From contig NW_026863180.1 of the NCBI RefSeq assembly GCF_026571515.1, positions 1 to 64,000 on the forward strand: 64,000 nt of DNA, written 5' to 3'. Under the pieces are notes generated by a model. It worked only from the letters and a program-made list of their open reading frames with translations. It did no database searches and had not been told where the DNA came from. Shown here piece by piece: positions 13,501-24,024 of the stretch (positions within the stretch are counted from its first letter, which is position 1; every line of letters begins with the position of its first letter). This DNA is from Ruditapes philippinarum (taxonomy: Eukaryota). A program made the position numbers and the translations under genes.

Positions 13501-14533
13501 ATTCATCTTTTGAGAAGGTTTCACTGTATTTGTTTAGAAGTCCTGCTACAGCATTTTTCTCTGATTCACTTTTATTAGCTGTGGATTTCTCAAATAAGTT
13601 TTTCAAATGATCCGGTACTTCATAAGTACTAAAGTTCAATACATCAGAACTACTTTTACTAACTTTCTTTATGATGTTTAACCGTCTAACCATATGGAAA
13701 TTTTCACATTCTCCTTCATCCTCCTTCTCAGCCAAGACACTTACTATACCCTCTATTTGCTGTGCTTCTCCAATGTGTGCATTCTGATACAGTGTCACAT
13801 TTGCTGGCATAGGATTTAATACCCTAACTTTACATGTGGAACTTCTCTTAATATTTACTAATGATGAAGCCATCACTAACTGATATTTTTGCATAAAAGT
13901 TTCACTTGGTTCAACTATATACTCTGGATGAAGATCATAATCATGAGGCTCCTCTCTTTCTACAAATACATCTACCAACATCTCAGATCTCCCTGGTACA
14001 CAAACATCATCCGCAACTGTAACTCTTCTTGATCTTTTCCCTTTTCCTACCTGGAAACAAGGAATATCTACACCATTCAATTCTATAACTCCTTTGCTCA
14101 ACAGCAAATCAGCTGGCCCATGTACATCTCCCTTCAATATATCATACCCTATCAAGGCATCATCTTCGATATCAGCAACTACCATTTCTTTTGTCATTTC
14201 ATATGACCCCATGGTAATGCTGAATTCACCTTGACCTAACTCCCTTATAGGTGCACCATTAGCGCCACAAAGATTGCTGCATTCTGTTAACTTAGGTCTC
14301 TTACTCGAATCTAAGTTACTATAAACCCTGTCCGACAGTATAGACTTAGATGCTCCTGTATCAGCAGTGAATATTACGTCTACTCCTTGTACGCTTCCCT
14401 TAACATAAACCCCATCACTGAGCCCCTTACTTTCTTTTGGCTCTATCTTTTCACTCTGCTGATTTTTTCTGTGGCCCTTACTCTCTAGTTGGACCCCCTC
14501 CTGGCCACTGGGGCAGGTCCCTGGAAGTTTAAA
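10553..14533 (-). CDS. pol: Gypsy Pol polyprotein (aspartic protease, RT, RNase H, integrase), expressed by -1 frameshift from gag
   Basis: The frame is open from 14533, upstream of the track's Met at 14212, and includes the protease motif FTADTGAS. RT: LPR..., YIDD. RNase H: DAS...ELLAI...SDH. Integrase: HHCC (H..GH...CDIC), D-D-E core and GPY/F-like YEGP. Confidence 0.95.
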   Translation of the reverse strand, partial: FKLPGTCPSGQEGVQLESKGHRKNQQSEKIEPKESKGLSDGVYVKGSVQGVDVIFTADTGASKSILSDRVYSNLDSSKRPKLTECSNLCGANGAPIRELGQGEFSITMGSYEMTKEMVVADIEDDALIGYDILKGDVHGPADLLLSKGVIELNGVDIPCFQVGKGKRSRRVTVADDVCVPGRSEMLVDVFVEREEPHDYDLHPEYIVEPSETFMQKYQLVMASSLVNIKRSSTCKVRVLNPMPANVTLYQNAHIGEAQQIEGIVSVLAEKEDEGECENFHMVRRLNIIKKVSKSSSDVLNFSTYEVPDHLKNLFEKSTANKSESEKNAVAGLLNKYSETFSKDEWDIGLTDLAEHSIDTGDAAPIKQRPRRVPLAYAAEEKAAIDDLLKKGVIQKSTSPWASPIVFVRKKSGAIRPCVDYRKINALVKPDGFPLPRVQDCLDSVAGMSMFSSFDLTSGYFQIPLKKEDMPKSAFTCKYGQFEMLRMPFGLSNSSSTFQRMMELALQGLQWQTCLVYIDDIVVFGANLEEHIQRVDEVLSRIKHAGLKLKPDKCHMLQTEVVFLGHIVSKDGVRPDPTNISKIAEWPRPMSSKEAKQFVATGSYYRRFIKDFAKLARPLIDLTKKDVSFVWTIECEKAFQDLKVKLTDTEVMGYPLNEGGEFFLDVDASGTGIGSVLSQLQDNRERVIAYASRSLNKAERNYCVTERELLAIVYFVQYFRQYLLGRKFTVRSDHQALVWLFSLKEPNGKIARWIEILAAFNFSIQYRPGKLQPHCDALSRCDNPRDCDCNIVDMSEPLKCGPCNKCRRRAEIMVLEWKANQLSQQITPDQQSENENTGKSESFEEQGRQGQIREVNIEIPAASTSDDTTNWRAYGIGNTIDQIQAKQLEDNDIKPVLEAKISGRKPAKEETETMSSTSRHYLLLWDQLKVVDGVLTKEFTKKDGSGSYAQIIIPQCEKKGILQQLHAGPLAGHMGTKKTKAVILQRFYWFNLREDIKLFIRQCDICARDKKPPKPPKAPMGSVRTGAPWDILATDYLGPFPITPRGNRYILVLTDLFSKYVEVIPAPDQTAETCAYLIVNEFVSRWGCPISILSDQGRTYESRVFQEMCKLLGIKKVRTSVRNPRCNGQIEKFNHTLARMIRAYLKGAQEDWDLNLGCLAGAYRATPNEATKLTPNMMTMGREVRLPAELVFGCTTKESDVQVSKYGDYVEKIRANINHAHDVARNHLRKAAARSQDIYDRRMIMNVYEKGDVVWCLAECRKIGEAPKLQPAYEGPCLVLKKLSPLTFVIQIKDQGSERVVHHNKLKPYVGCNVPRWIKKLKKKLLI
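14471..14533 (-). promoter_or_regulatory. -1 programmed ribosomal frameshift signal (U UUA AAC slippery site + H-type pseudoknot)
   Basis: Heptamer TTTAAAC at 14533-14527 is in the gag frame, and the pol frame has a TAA immediately before it. After a 6-nt spacer, stem 1 GGACCU/GGGUCC forms; loop GUGGCC (14508-14503) pairs with downstream GGCCAC (14476-14471). Confidence 0.85.
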
Positions 14534-15975
14534 TTACTGTTCACCCTTGTTTCCCTATCATTCTTTCTGTCCCTCCAGTTTCTCCTAGATATATCCTTAT
14601 CTGGACAATCTCTAGCATAGTGACCTGTGTTGTGACAAGTAAAGCATTCTACATGTCTCTTGTTTTGATTTGGAAGATTTTTGGCTTGATCCTTCTTACT
14701 TACTTCCTCAAGTTTCTCAAGCCTCTCAAGAATTTTACCTAACACCTCATCTTGTTTTGTTACCCTATTTGAATCATTACTCAATGTTGAGTCTGTACGT
14801 TTATCTGTCTCGGTTGTCTCCTGTGACTGAAAAGCTCTTCTTGTGGCCTTATACCTCTTATCTATTGTACCGCTGTTTCGTGTCTGTATGAAATTAACTA
14901 CATGGTAGACTGCCTCATCAATTGTTTCAGGTTCTTTATGGAATTCTATTTCAAATCTTATTTCATCATCCCTTAAACCATCTAAAAACTTCCTGACCAA
15001 ATCTTCTTCTCTTGTTTGTCTATCACGAAAGCCGTGTGCTTTGTCATATAACATCTTTAAGTCTGCAGCATAATCTTCTGCTGTTTCCCCAGGCTTTTGA
15101 TTGCGACGACTAAATTTTGCAGCATATGCGCGGCTTGTCTCAACAACGCGAAATCGATAATGCATTTCCTTAACTACTTCGCGATAATTCTTTAAGACTG
15201 CTTTTGGCAATTGTCCAAAAAGAAACTGTGCGGCTTGACCCTCAATGCGAGGCAGGAGTTGATCTAGCCTGTCCTCATCATTCCAGTGGTACCTATCGGC
15301 AATGGTCTCAAACCTAGCAATCCAAACCTGCCAGTCTTCTCTACCAGTGAATATCGGAATTTTGATGTTATCAGATCCCTTGTATCGGGTACCATAACCA
15401 CCACTATTATTCACTCGGTGATATCTATGATCAAACTGATTATCATTTTCCCTGTAGTTTATGCGGTTGTTTATTCTATCATCATAAGTGTCATTTGTAT
15501 ATGCATTTTCATTTAACTGCGCCACATCTGAATAACGGTTGTACCCTACCCTTGGTGTCATGTCATCATCTTGATAAGACTGAAAATTTCTATTTATGTA
15601 TTGAGCATGTTCACCAAAATTATTGAAGTTCTGGTTTTCAGAAGGCCTATTTGATGAAAAATGATTTGCCTGATTATAACCTTGTGGAATTGTCTGTTTT
15701 AAGACTCTAAGTTCTTGGACTACTTCTTTCAAAATGCCGGATATATCGCTTAAGTCTCTTGAGCAGACCCTATTGTCATTACTTTGATCATTAGATGTGT
15801 TGACTGCTCTATTTACTTGCTGTTGTTGTATATAATCTTGACTGACATCAACATCAGATGGTATATTGCTTGCAGGCAAGCTTTGAATACTGCTGGTCCT
15901 AGATATTGACCCCTGACTCTCAGAGCGCCTAAAGAATACTTCAGCATCACTGCCGGCAGGTGTATGACAATCCAT
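14485..15975 (-). CDS. gag: Gypsy Gag (496 aa) with CCHC zinc knuckle
   Basis: Capsid-like region (FTGREDWQVWIARFE...QKPGETAEDYAADLKML...FLDGL) and CFTCHNTGHYARDC. The likely start is the ATG at 15975; the 22 extra codons in the ORF track come mostly from the antisense SINE. Confidence 0.92.
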   Translation of the reverse strand: MDCHTPAGSDAEVFFRRSESQGSISRTSSIQSLPASNIPSDVDVSQDYIQQQQVNRAVNTSNDQSNDNRVCSRDLSDISGILKEVVQELRVLKQTIPQGYNQANHFSSNRPSENQNFNNFGEHAQYINRNFQSYQDDDMTPRVGYNRYSDVAQLNENAYTNDTYDDRINNRINYRENDNQFDHRYHRVNNSGGYGTRYKGSDNIKIPIFTGREDWQVWIARFETIADRYHWNDEDRLDQLLPRIEGQAAQFLFGQLPKAVLKNYREVVKEMHYRFRVVETSRAYAAKFSRRNQKPGETAEDYAADLKMLYDKAHGFRDRQTREEDLVRKFLDGLRDDEIRFEIEFHKEPETIDEAVYHVVNFIQTRNSGTIDKRYKATRRAFQSQETTETDKRTDSTLSNDSNRVTKQDEVLGKILERLEKLEEVSKKDQAKNLPNQNKRHVECFTCHNTGHYARDCPDKDISRRNWRDRKNDRETRVNSNLNFQGPAPVARRGSN

Positions 15976-15985
15976 ATCTCTATCT

Positions 15986-16267
15986 GGGGCGTCCGTGGCC
16001 GAGTGGTTAAGGTCGTTCACGTCAAACCACTTGCCCCTCACCGCTGTGGGTTCGAATCCCGACAGGGACTTTGGATTCTTTCATGTGAGGAAGCTATCCA
16101 GCTAGCTTACGGAACGTCGGTGGTTCTACTCAGGTGCCCTATCGTGTCTGAAAAAATGCACGGAAGGGCACCTGGGGTCTTCCTCCACCAGTAAAGCTGG
16201 AACGTCGCGATATGACCTATACTGTGTCGATGTGACGTAAAACCCAAAACAAAACAAAACAAACAAA
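15986..16267 (+). mobile_element. Full-length tRNA-derived SINE inserted in the Gypsy 5' leader
   Basis: A box TGGCCGAGTGG, B box GGTTCGAATCC, (CAAAA)n tail, 12-bp TSD ATATCTCTATCT (15974-15985, 16268-16279). Older copies lie at ~49940 and ~61455. Confidence 0.92.
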
Positions 16268-16346
16268 ATATCTCTATCTATTTATGTACTTGATAATAGC
16301 TTGAAGCTTGAGTTCGAATCTCTGGATCCTGTACACAGTCAAAAGG

Positions 16347-16364
16347 ATCCCACCGCTGCCACCA
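16347..16364 (-). promoter_or_regulatory. Primer-binding site complementary to the tRNA-Leu 3' end
   Basis: Minus strand TGGTGGCAGCGGTGGGAT, 7 nt inside the 5' LTR. It matches the 3' 18 nt (AUCCCACCGCUGCCACCA) of metazoan tRNA-Leu(AAG/UAG). Confidence 0.88.
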
Positions 16365-16371
16365 AAAATTA

Positions 16372-17787
16372 TGTTGCGCGCCGGTGATGTCAATCTATGG
16401 GTAGCGTATAAGAAGCACCGACCTCGCAACACTGTGTTTCTATTGTTTTGCACAATGTCGTAAAGTTGGAGTCTCTTAACCAGTGTAACTAAGCGCCACA
16501 GGTTACACAAGCTGATCTTTTCTGATGAGGTGATATTGAAGAGTTTGGTCTCCACAGGGAATTATTGGATATCATATATAAGTAAAGGGGGTTATTTATA
16601 ATTCAAAGGAAAAAGACTCATATATGGCAGTACTTTCTCTTTATTCAATGTTATAAGGGAAAATATATCAATTGTAATGAATGCAAAATACAAGTCAAGA
16701 AATGTAAATATAAAAATTAATACCTCTTGTATACTATATTGCACGAAAGAAAATCCCGAAAAAGCTACGCAAAAATTCACTAAGATCTGTCGACTAAATG
16801 GGAATATTATATCTCATATGATAATTCAACAAAAATCTTGTATCTTGCTAGACTTATGAAAATCAAGAATATAACAGATAGTTTACTTAAAAATGCCTCA
16901 AAGATATATTTAATTTATTTATACTGTAATATGAAAGAATGCTATTCACTCAAAAATTGTATTATTATGTTAACCTTATAATTATCAAAGATTGTTCAAA
17001 TTGTTGCTTGAGAATGGAATCTGACAAAGATTTACCTTAGATGTTTCTAAGTTGTGGAGACCCCGAATGACGGGAACAATCAGTTTATATACCCAAGGAC
17101 TGTGCACAAAAATAGTTTGTGTGTGCACAAAAAATAAGTGCTTGTACACAAAATGTGCACAGCACGCAAAATATTACGTGTACAATACATGAACGCCATT
17201 GGATGACAAGTGCACGAAAAAACTTTGTGCACTGGCAACCAGAAATCGATGTCAAATTCCATATTTATGCCATAAATATTACCAAAAAGTAATAAAACTT
17301 AATCTATATGACAAAAATATATCAAAGACAAAGAGGTTCTTACATTATAACTCCTCTTCAGACTCATATTGCCAGAAAATCGTCAAAAACACTGATATTT
17401 TAACGTTCTACAGTTGCTAGGGAGAAAGTTACCCTAACACCGCTTAACAAAACCCGGAAGTAAATTAAATTAGCGAAAATAACATTAATTACCGAATAAA
17501 TAAGCCTAATAGACAATCATTTCCATTTTGAAATAATTTAAACATGTTAGCAGAAGTGATATCTTAAATCATTAGATAACAATCTGTTTATAAGGCCCAA
17601 AAAGCCTAAAAAAGCAATCTTCTCACTAAGTGTACAACATTCGGATACAGCAGTTTTGTCTTACAAAATAGCGAAGTGTGAACAATAGACGGAATAAAGA
17701 TGAATCTTTCAAGTACATGTTTGCCAATTTAACATAACATATAATCAACAATAACATCAGGCTAAACATTAATGCTGGGGCATCTCA
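16372..17787 (-). repeat. 5' LTR (1416 bp)
   Basis: Direct repeat of 6496-7909, followed on the - strand by the PBS. Confidence 0.95.
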
Positions 17788-19279
17788 ATATATATCACAT
17801 ATAAGCAGCCTTCACTGATGTATGCTTGATTTTGAAAATAATAAATCCATATGTATAATTATATATTAAAGCGGTTCCCTCGAATAATAATAACATTACA
17901 TATATTATATGCAAAATAATTAAAATCAGAGCACAGAAGGCGCTGAATTTGTTTGGGTCTCAGAATGTCAGAAAGGTGAAGGTTGTGAGATTATAAACCA
18001 ATTTGTTTTTGTATAGTGCCACAAATGTTGTTTCCAGTGTTATAACTGTTGTAAATTTGCCATAAGGCCAATTGAAACACTGATATTCAATTCAATGTTT
18101 ATTTGGAATTTAAAATTAAAAATAATAAAAAGACAAAAAAACATGAGTTGCCTTAACTGGAATTTGAACTCCAGACCTCTCGCATCCTAAACGAGCGTGT
18201 AAACCCTCGAACACGGGGAGTTAAAAGACAACAGCCTGAAGAAAATCATATTATTCTTGATTTGGGTTTGTAATCCTTATTAATTTCGAGATATTTTGTT
18301 CACGGTAATACTGTTGTTTAACACTAATGTAAATAATCATGGAGCTTAATATCAGCATGTATACTTGTAAAGAATTACACAACATCAGAAATCTTTGACC
18401 AATCGGGAACTATTTTTTCTTCTCCGAGAAGGCTTAAAATTAATGCCTGTTCTCCTGGTTAGTGTAGATAAAGGGGAGTAGCCGCCTCGAGTAGTACGGA
18501 CTACTTGTGGATTTTGCAAATAAGCATAGCAGGGTCTGAAATTTCGCTACCATTATTTGTTTTGTCTGACGACCCAAACAAATCAAAACTATTAAGAAAT
18601 AAAAACACAACATAATTTAAGTATTCAGAATTTATTGTACGTAATTCGTCGCAATTAAAGTGGAAATGGCGTTCCATAGTTTAATGAACTGTCGAAAACA
18701 ACTTTTTATGAATACACTTTTATAAGCCGTTTTCGAATGTTTTATTGAGACAGGGGATAATCAGATGTGTAATTTAGATAAGTCAAAAACTGTTTTTTGT
18801 TAATAATACATGTATTATAATACAGACTTCCATTTTCCTTTGTGATATTTCTAAAATGTTGCATACTTAAATTGTGTCATATAAAATCACATTGTATAGA
18901 AATATCAATAAACAAAATCATATTAATTATAAATGAAAAATACGCTTCTCCACGCTTTTAAAGAATTAAATCACAAATGTTTCTACTAGAAGTCATGAAA
19001 GAGAATTGATAACAATTCTGTACATCATTTTTACGTATATTGAGGTACATGTACTTAGTATTTCCTTTACACCTGATTGCAATGCAGTAAACTTCGGCAT
19101 AAAACTTTGCAAAAAGAAATTACTTTTGTAAATTGTACCCACGTAGTTGTTAAATTATGCATGAGCAAATATTATTTATGTACGTAACATGAGCATAATC
19201 TGCCCATTCGGGTCCTTGGAAATTGCTAGGCACCTTTCAATTTGATTGCAAATTTGTAAAAGTATTTGCTTTACATAAC

Positions 19280-22200
19280 TTAATTGGGTATATATCCTTC
19301 TTTTGCAAACTTTAAAAGTCTAAAGGCTTCTACTCCATTCATGCCAAAGTCTTCTCGTAACATTTTCTCCGAGAGACCAATCAGTATCATACCATCAATC
19401 ATATTGTTTCTAAACGTCTCCGCATACTGACCAAGGTTCAGAACTTTTAGGTATTCAGTCACTTCATGAATAGAAAGACTTTCAACATTCATAACTGTAT
19501 CCTTAGTGTGTCTGTACTCAAAAGGTCTGTTAGGTCGATCTGGTCTCGCTATTTTTGGTGCTTCCTTCGGATATTGTACATGACTTCGGGGTTTTGGTTT
19601 TAACGTTGCTCTAGGAATATCGTTGTCGTATTGTGGGTTACTGTCTGTTTTTCGGAAAGACGAATGTTTTGCGTTTAAACTGTCATTTTCATTAGAATAA
19701 TCTGTTGTTTGCTTCAGTGTATATGGAGCGGATTTAGGATAAATATATCTTGGTGCAGGAGCAGGCGGTTTGGAATTAGCTGACTTACATTCTACACTTT
19801 CTTCTCTCTGGTCATAATCCGGTTCAGGTGATGATGATCTTTTAGGTATATCAAAATAAGAAGATTTGTTTACATCACCTTCTGTTTGGTGTTCAGGCGT
19901 GATGTACATATTGCTAACTTTTTCAGATAATTCTGTTGTATCCGATTGGTTCGATTTATGCTGTTTGTTTTTTGGAATATCGTCCGGAAGAGGTGGTAAA
20001 GGCCTTGCTTGAATGGAAACTTTAGTATTTGTGTCTTTCTTCCCATCGCTTCTCAGCGGGACACAAGGATGTGGTGTAACTTTAAAAGGCGGGCCTTCAA
20101 CTAAGCGTACTATATCAGAATATAATTTAGGTTCACAGTATGGCATCTTTGTGGTGGAATGTATAGATGACTGGTCATATTCAGCAATATCTGCAAAAAA
20201 ATATGATGATATCATTTTACATTTGCATCAGATAAGAAAATACTGAAGAAACCGACTTTTGCATAACATTTGGTATTGAGCCTATATAATTTGACTAGAG
20301 GTTATATGATTGTATTTTAGATAATGTCACGAAAGAAAATAAATCAAAACACTCTATTGCCGATATTTCCAAATAAGATCTTTTCCTTTAATATTAAAAA
20401 AAAATCGATTCTATTCAGCCTTGATTATATAAAAATTAATAAATTCATGAATTTCAAATAGTTTGAGATGAATTGAATACATTTATCAAATAAACTTTGT
20501 TACAAACAGGTAGTTTTTTCTTACCACATATCTTTTATTGGATGGCAACTATTTAATAATTATAGGTTAGAAAATTGAGGTAAAATACAACTTAATAAGC
20601 GTTTTCTAAAGAAACTCATAAGTAACTAGAATACGCACTAGGATTTCCAAATTGCTGATCATATTCAATAGCCAAGCATTTGCAAACCAAATGGTCGAAG
20701 TATACCCTCCATCTATCAATACACTGTCCTTTGAGTCCTGTGACAACCGATAGGCTAAGCTTGGACAGGTATAAAGGCACAGGAATCACTTCTGTCCATA
20801 GTTGACCTTCAAATATATTTATATATATTAACGTGAAAAAATGCTCATAGGTTTTTGTTTTGTAATGTATGCCTATATATAAAGACACACACACACACAC
20901 ACAAACACACGCACGCACGCATGCGCTCGTGCATGCACGCACGCACCAACGCACACACTCACACAAACAAACGAACGCACGCTCTGAGTAATGCCCGTTA
21001 GATTATTAATAATTTATTACGACTTATTCATATTCATTTGCATAGGACTTCCTAGTGGTACATATGAACAAAAACGTGTGAATTTACTAGATGCAGCACC
21101 GGCTTTTATTACGAGTAAGATCGAAGAGTGTGTCTTCAAAGTGAAAGAAAATATTTAATATGGGTTGCCGTATCTGTTGGAAATTACATATGATTCCTTG
21201 TCAAAATATTGATATATACTATTTAAACATTTCTAAATAATTATATTACTTAAAACTCCTACCGTCTACAATAGTATTTGCAAGGAAATAGACTTCGTCA
21301 AAACGTTTCGTGAGCTGCCAAGGAGGAATGTCGTTTGTATTGATGCTCTTGTTACAAACTGTAAGCACACGGTCAGCTGGGAACTGTACCCATAATGGCA
21401 AGCTGTTAGATTGTAGTATGTTGTAAAGAGATAACTCTGCTCCAACTAAATTAAGAAAATGAATTAATTCATATATGAAACAAATACATAAATAAGATAG
21501 GGGATGTGTTTCTCTATAGACTCGTGTTAAAGCAGTTCATACAAATGTAAAGAAGTAACCTTGTTGCGAGTTAAATGATGCTCTAATTTTCCGAAAGGCT
21601 TTATGAAATGACTGAAAATTAATAAACAAGACTGATATGTTGCAAGAATTCGCCTTAACCACAAACTATCGCTCTCTACCGGCAAAGTATATAACCCATG
21701 TGCTATAAAAAAGGGATTTAAAAGATAGCTTCGTGATGATATATTTAAAAGGATCGATAAATACTAAAACAAAGTCTTATATTGACTGCAGGGATTACCA
21801 ATTTTCAATAAAAAAGTATGTGGTCACAATCATCACTTAAATAAAGAATTTGTTTTTAATGCAGTGTTTTACCTATCCCACTTTTAATAATGCATAACTT
21901 TTCAGTGTAGTCTTCGGGGATACTCAACAATTTTGGTATACCATGCATTACACATTTTGCCAACACACGCTCCTGTCTTGATATTGCATTGATAATCATC
22001 ACCTATTGTAAACGAAAAAAATATAAATTCGGATGAGAGGTATATAATGTGGCTTTATTTATAGGAAGTAATGTAATGTGGCTATGTTTATAGATTCTTA
22101 TATTATGAGGCTTAGGTTTATAGATAGTAATGTAATGAGGCCATGTATATAGAGAACAATGTAATGTGGCTATGTTTATAGATAGTAAAATAATTAGGCT

Positions 22201-24024
22201 GTGTTTATAGAGAGTTATGTAATGAGGCTATGGTTTATTGAGAATAATGTAATTCGGTTATTTTTAAAGAGAGTAATGTACTTCGGTTATGTTTATAGAG
22301 AGTAATGTAATTCGGTTATGTTTATAGAGAGTAATGTACTTCGGTTATGTTTATAGAGAGTAATGTACTTCGGTTACGTTTATAGAGAGTAATGTACTTC
22401 GGTTATGTTTATAGAGAGTAATGTACTTCGGTTATGTTTATAGAGAGTAATGTACTTCGGTTATGTTTATAAAGATTAATGTACTTCGGTTAGGTTTATA
22501 AAGAGTAATGTAATGTACAAGTAAAACGTCATTATCAGCATCAGTATTGTAAACTTTCTTTGTTTTACTTCTCAAACAAAAAGTATATGTATATATATGT
22601 GTGTGCATATGCTATGTAAAAAGTTATGTAAAGATTCCATTTAATTCTATCAATAACCAAATTTAATAAATGGATTGTGAAAGGAAATTTTAATTAAAAA
22701 CGTTACTGACCTTAATTGAATTATTAATTTACTTTTATAATAATTTTATCACATGAGTGTAAACAAAGAAATATGTTGACTTCCTTACAAAGTACTAAAT
22801 CAATATAACTTAACTAATTGCTAAAAAACAACAGAATCTAAAAAGGTACAGGTTATTGGCCAATGGGTAACCTTTTAGTAAACCATAACAAGACACTCAG
22901 AATAAAAAGCCTTTGTGAATTAAAAACAAGAAAGCATTTCTGTTGCAAAATGGGGTTTTAAAGACATAAACTCTAGCTTAAGCTGTTCTATTTTAGACAC
23001 TAAGATACTGGGGGTCAATAATCCCGAAGACACTTCGATATTAAGATATTATAGCAACACTGAAGTGCTGGATAACCTGTTTCAACATTTATTATCAGTT
23101 GTTTTTAGTATGGAAAATCTAGAATGGAAAATGTTCCTAATTTTTAACAGGAAATAAAAAAGAACGGGAAGGTAAAAATCACCATATTGCTGAGGAGGTG
23201 CTTTTTAGTGTTAAGGCATCAGAATTACAGCCACCGTTTATCTTTGCGTGACCGTAAGAGCCGATTAAATGGATTCGAAACACATGAGTTTGTATATCTC
23301 GTACATCTCTTAGATTCAGCATTCGAGATGAGGTGGTATTAACCCAATGTGGCTTTATGTTTGTTACACCCGAGGGTTAGTCCAAATAATCTTTCCTGTT
23401 CCGGCGCCATATGATCTAAATTGTGTTGGTTCGCCCTAAAACCAAACAATACAAACAACGGAAGGAGAAAAGCATGACCCGATTTTTATTTAGGTTTTTT
23501 ATTCAAGAGGGACAAAGAAAAGTGCAACATAGTTATGATTTTAGCAAGTTTTAGCGGTATTTAAAGATAAAAAAACGGAATTCCGTAGGAACGTCCAAAA
23601 CGACAAAATTGAAAAGTTGCAGGCTCGCTTTGATTGAGCCTGTTCATGCACGGTACTGGAAAGGGTAAGTTACCCCACGCTCCCTAGCACCGACTTAATC
23701 AAAATTCAACATTTAAACATTGTAATGATTAAAATTTTAATTTAGAAACACCAGCAGATGTGTTCATTTGAACATCCAATGTCACACGTTAGTAACCCTT
23801 TGTCCTCCATTCTTATCCTGTTTTAAAATAATATAGAAGGAATAAATTAAAGTTAATGATTAAAAAGAAATAAATTGACAAGATACCTGTTCTCGATCGA
23901 ATGTGTCCTCGATAATGTTGCCACAGAAACCTTGTGTTACCATTACAACCACGGGGAGTCTGTTTTGGTACAAGTCAAAGAATCTTCCAATGCTATAACT
24001 TACATCTTCGATTTGATACTGCAT
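19280..24024 (-). CDS. CABIT-like domain + Pro/Tyr-rich linker + SAM adaptor protein, paralog B (509 aa, complete)
   Basis: Exons 24024-23887 (MQYQIEDVSYSIGRFFDLYQNRLPVVVMVTQGFCGNIIEDTFDREQ), 22002-21873, 21445-21263, 20806-20639 and 20190-19280. All are GT-AG and total 1530 nt in frame. Strong similarity to paralog A. Confidence 0.85.
22070..22515. repeat. 29-bp intronic minisatellite
   Basis: Unit GTTTATAGAGAGTAATGTACTTCGGTTAT starts at 22291, 22320, 22349, 22378, 22407, 22436 and 22465; more diverged units lie upstream. Confidence 0.92.

Larger units (their letters stand above)
6496..17787 (-). mobile_element. Full-length Ty3/Gypsy LTR retrotransposon with an extra ORF3 (11.3 kb)
   Basis: Direct repeats 6496-7909 and 16372-17787 with TG...CA ends. 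4-bp TSD ATAT (6492-6495, 17788-17791). PBS, PPT, gag, and pol in PR-RT-RH-IN order. Confidence 0.97.

Noticed and set aside
15964-16194. tRNA-like sequence and 76-aa ORF; 22-aa N-terminal extension of Gag
   Set aside because: This is a SINE head (TSD, A-rich tail, other copies in the window), not a tRNA gene, and the Gag extension is mostly antisense SINE sequence.
22260-22515. Regular 29-bp repeats resembling a CRISPR array
   Set aside because: Head-to-tail units with no unique spacers, in a eukaryotic intron, with no cas genes.
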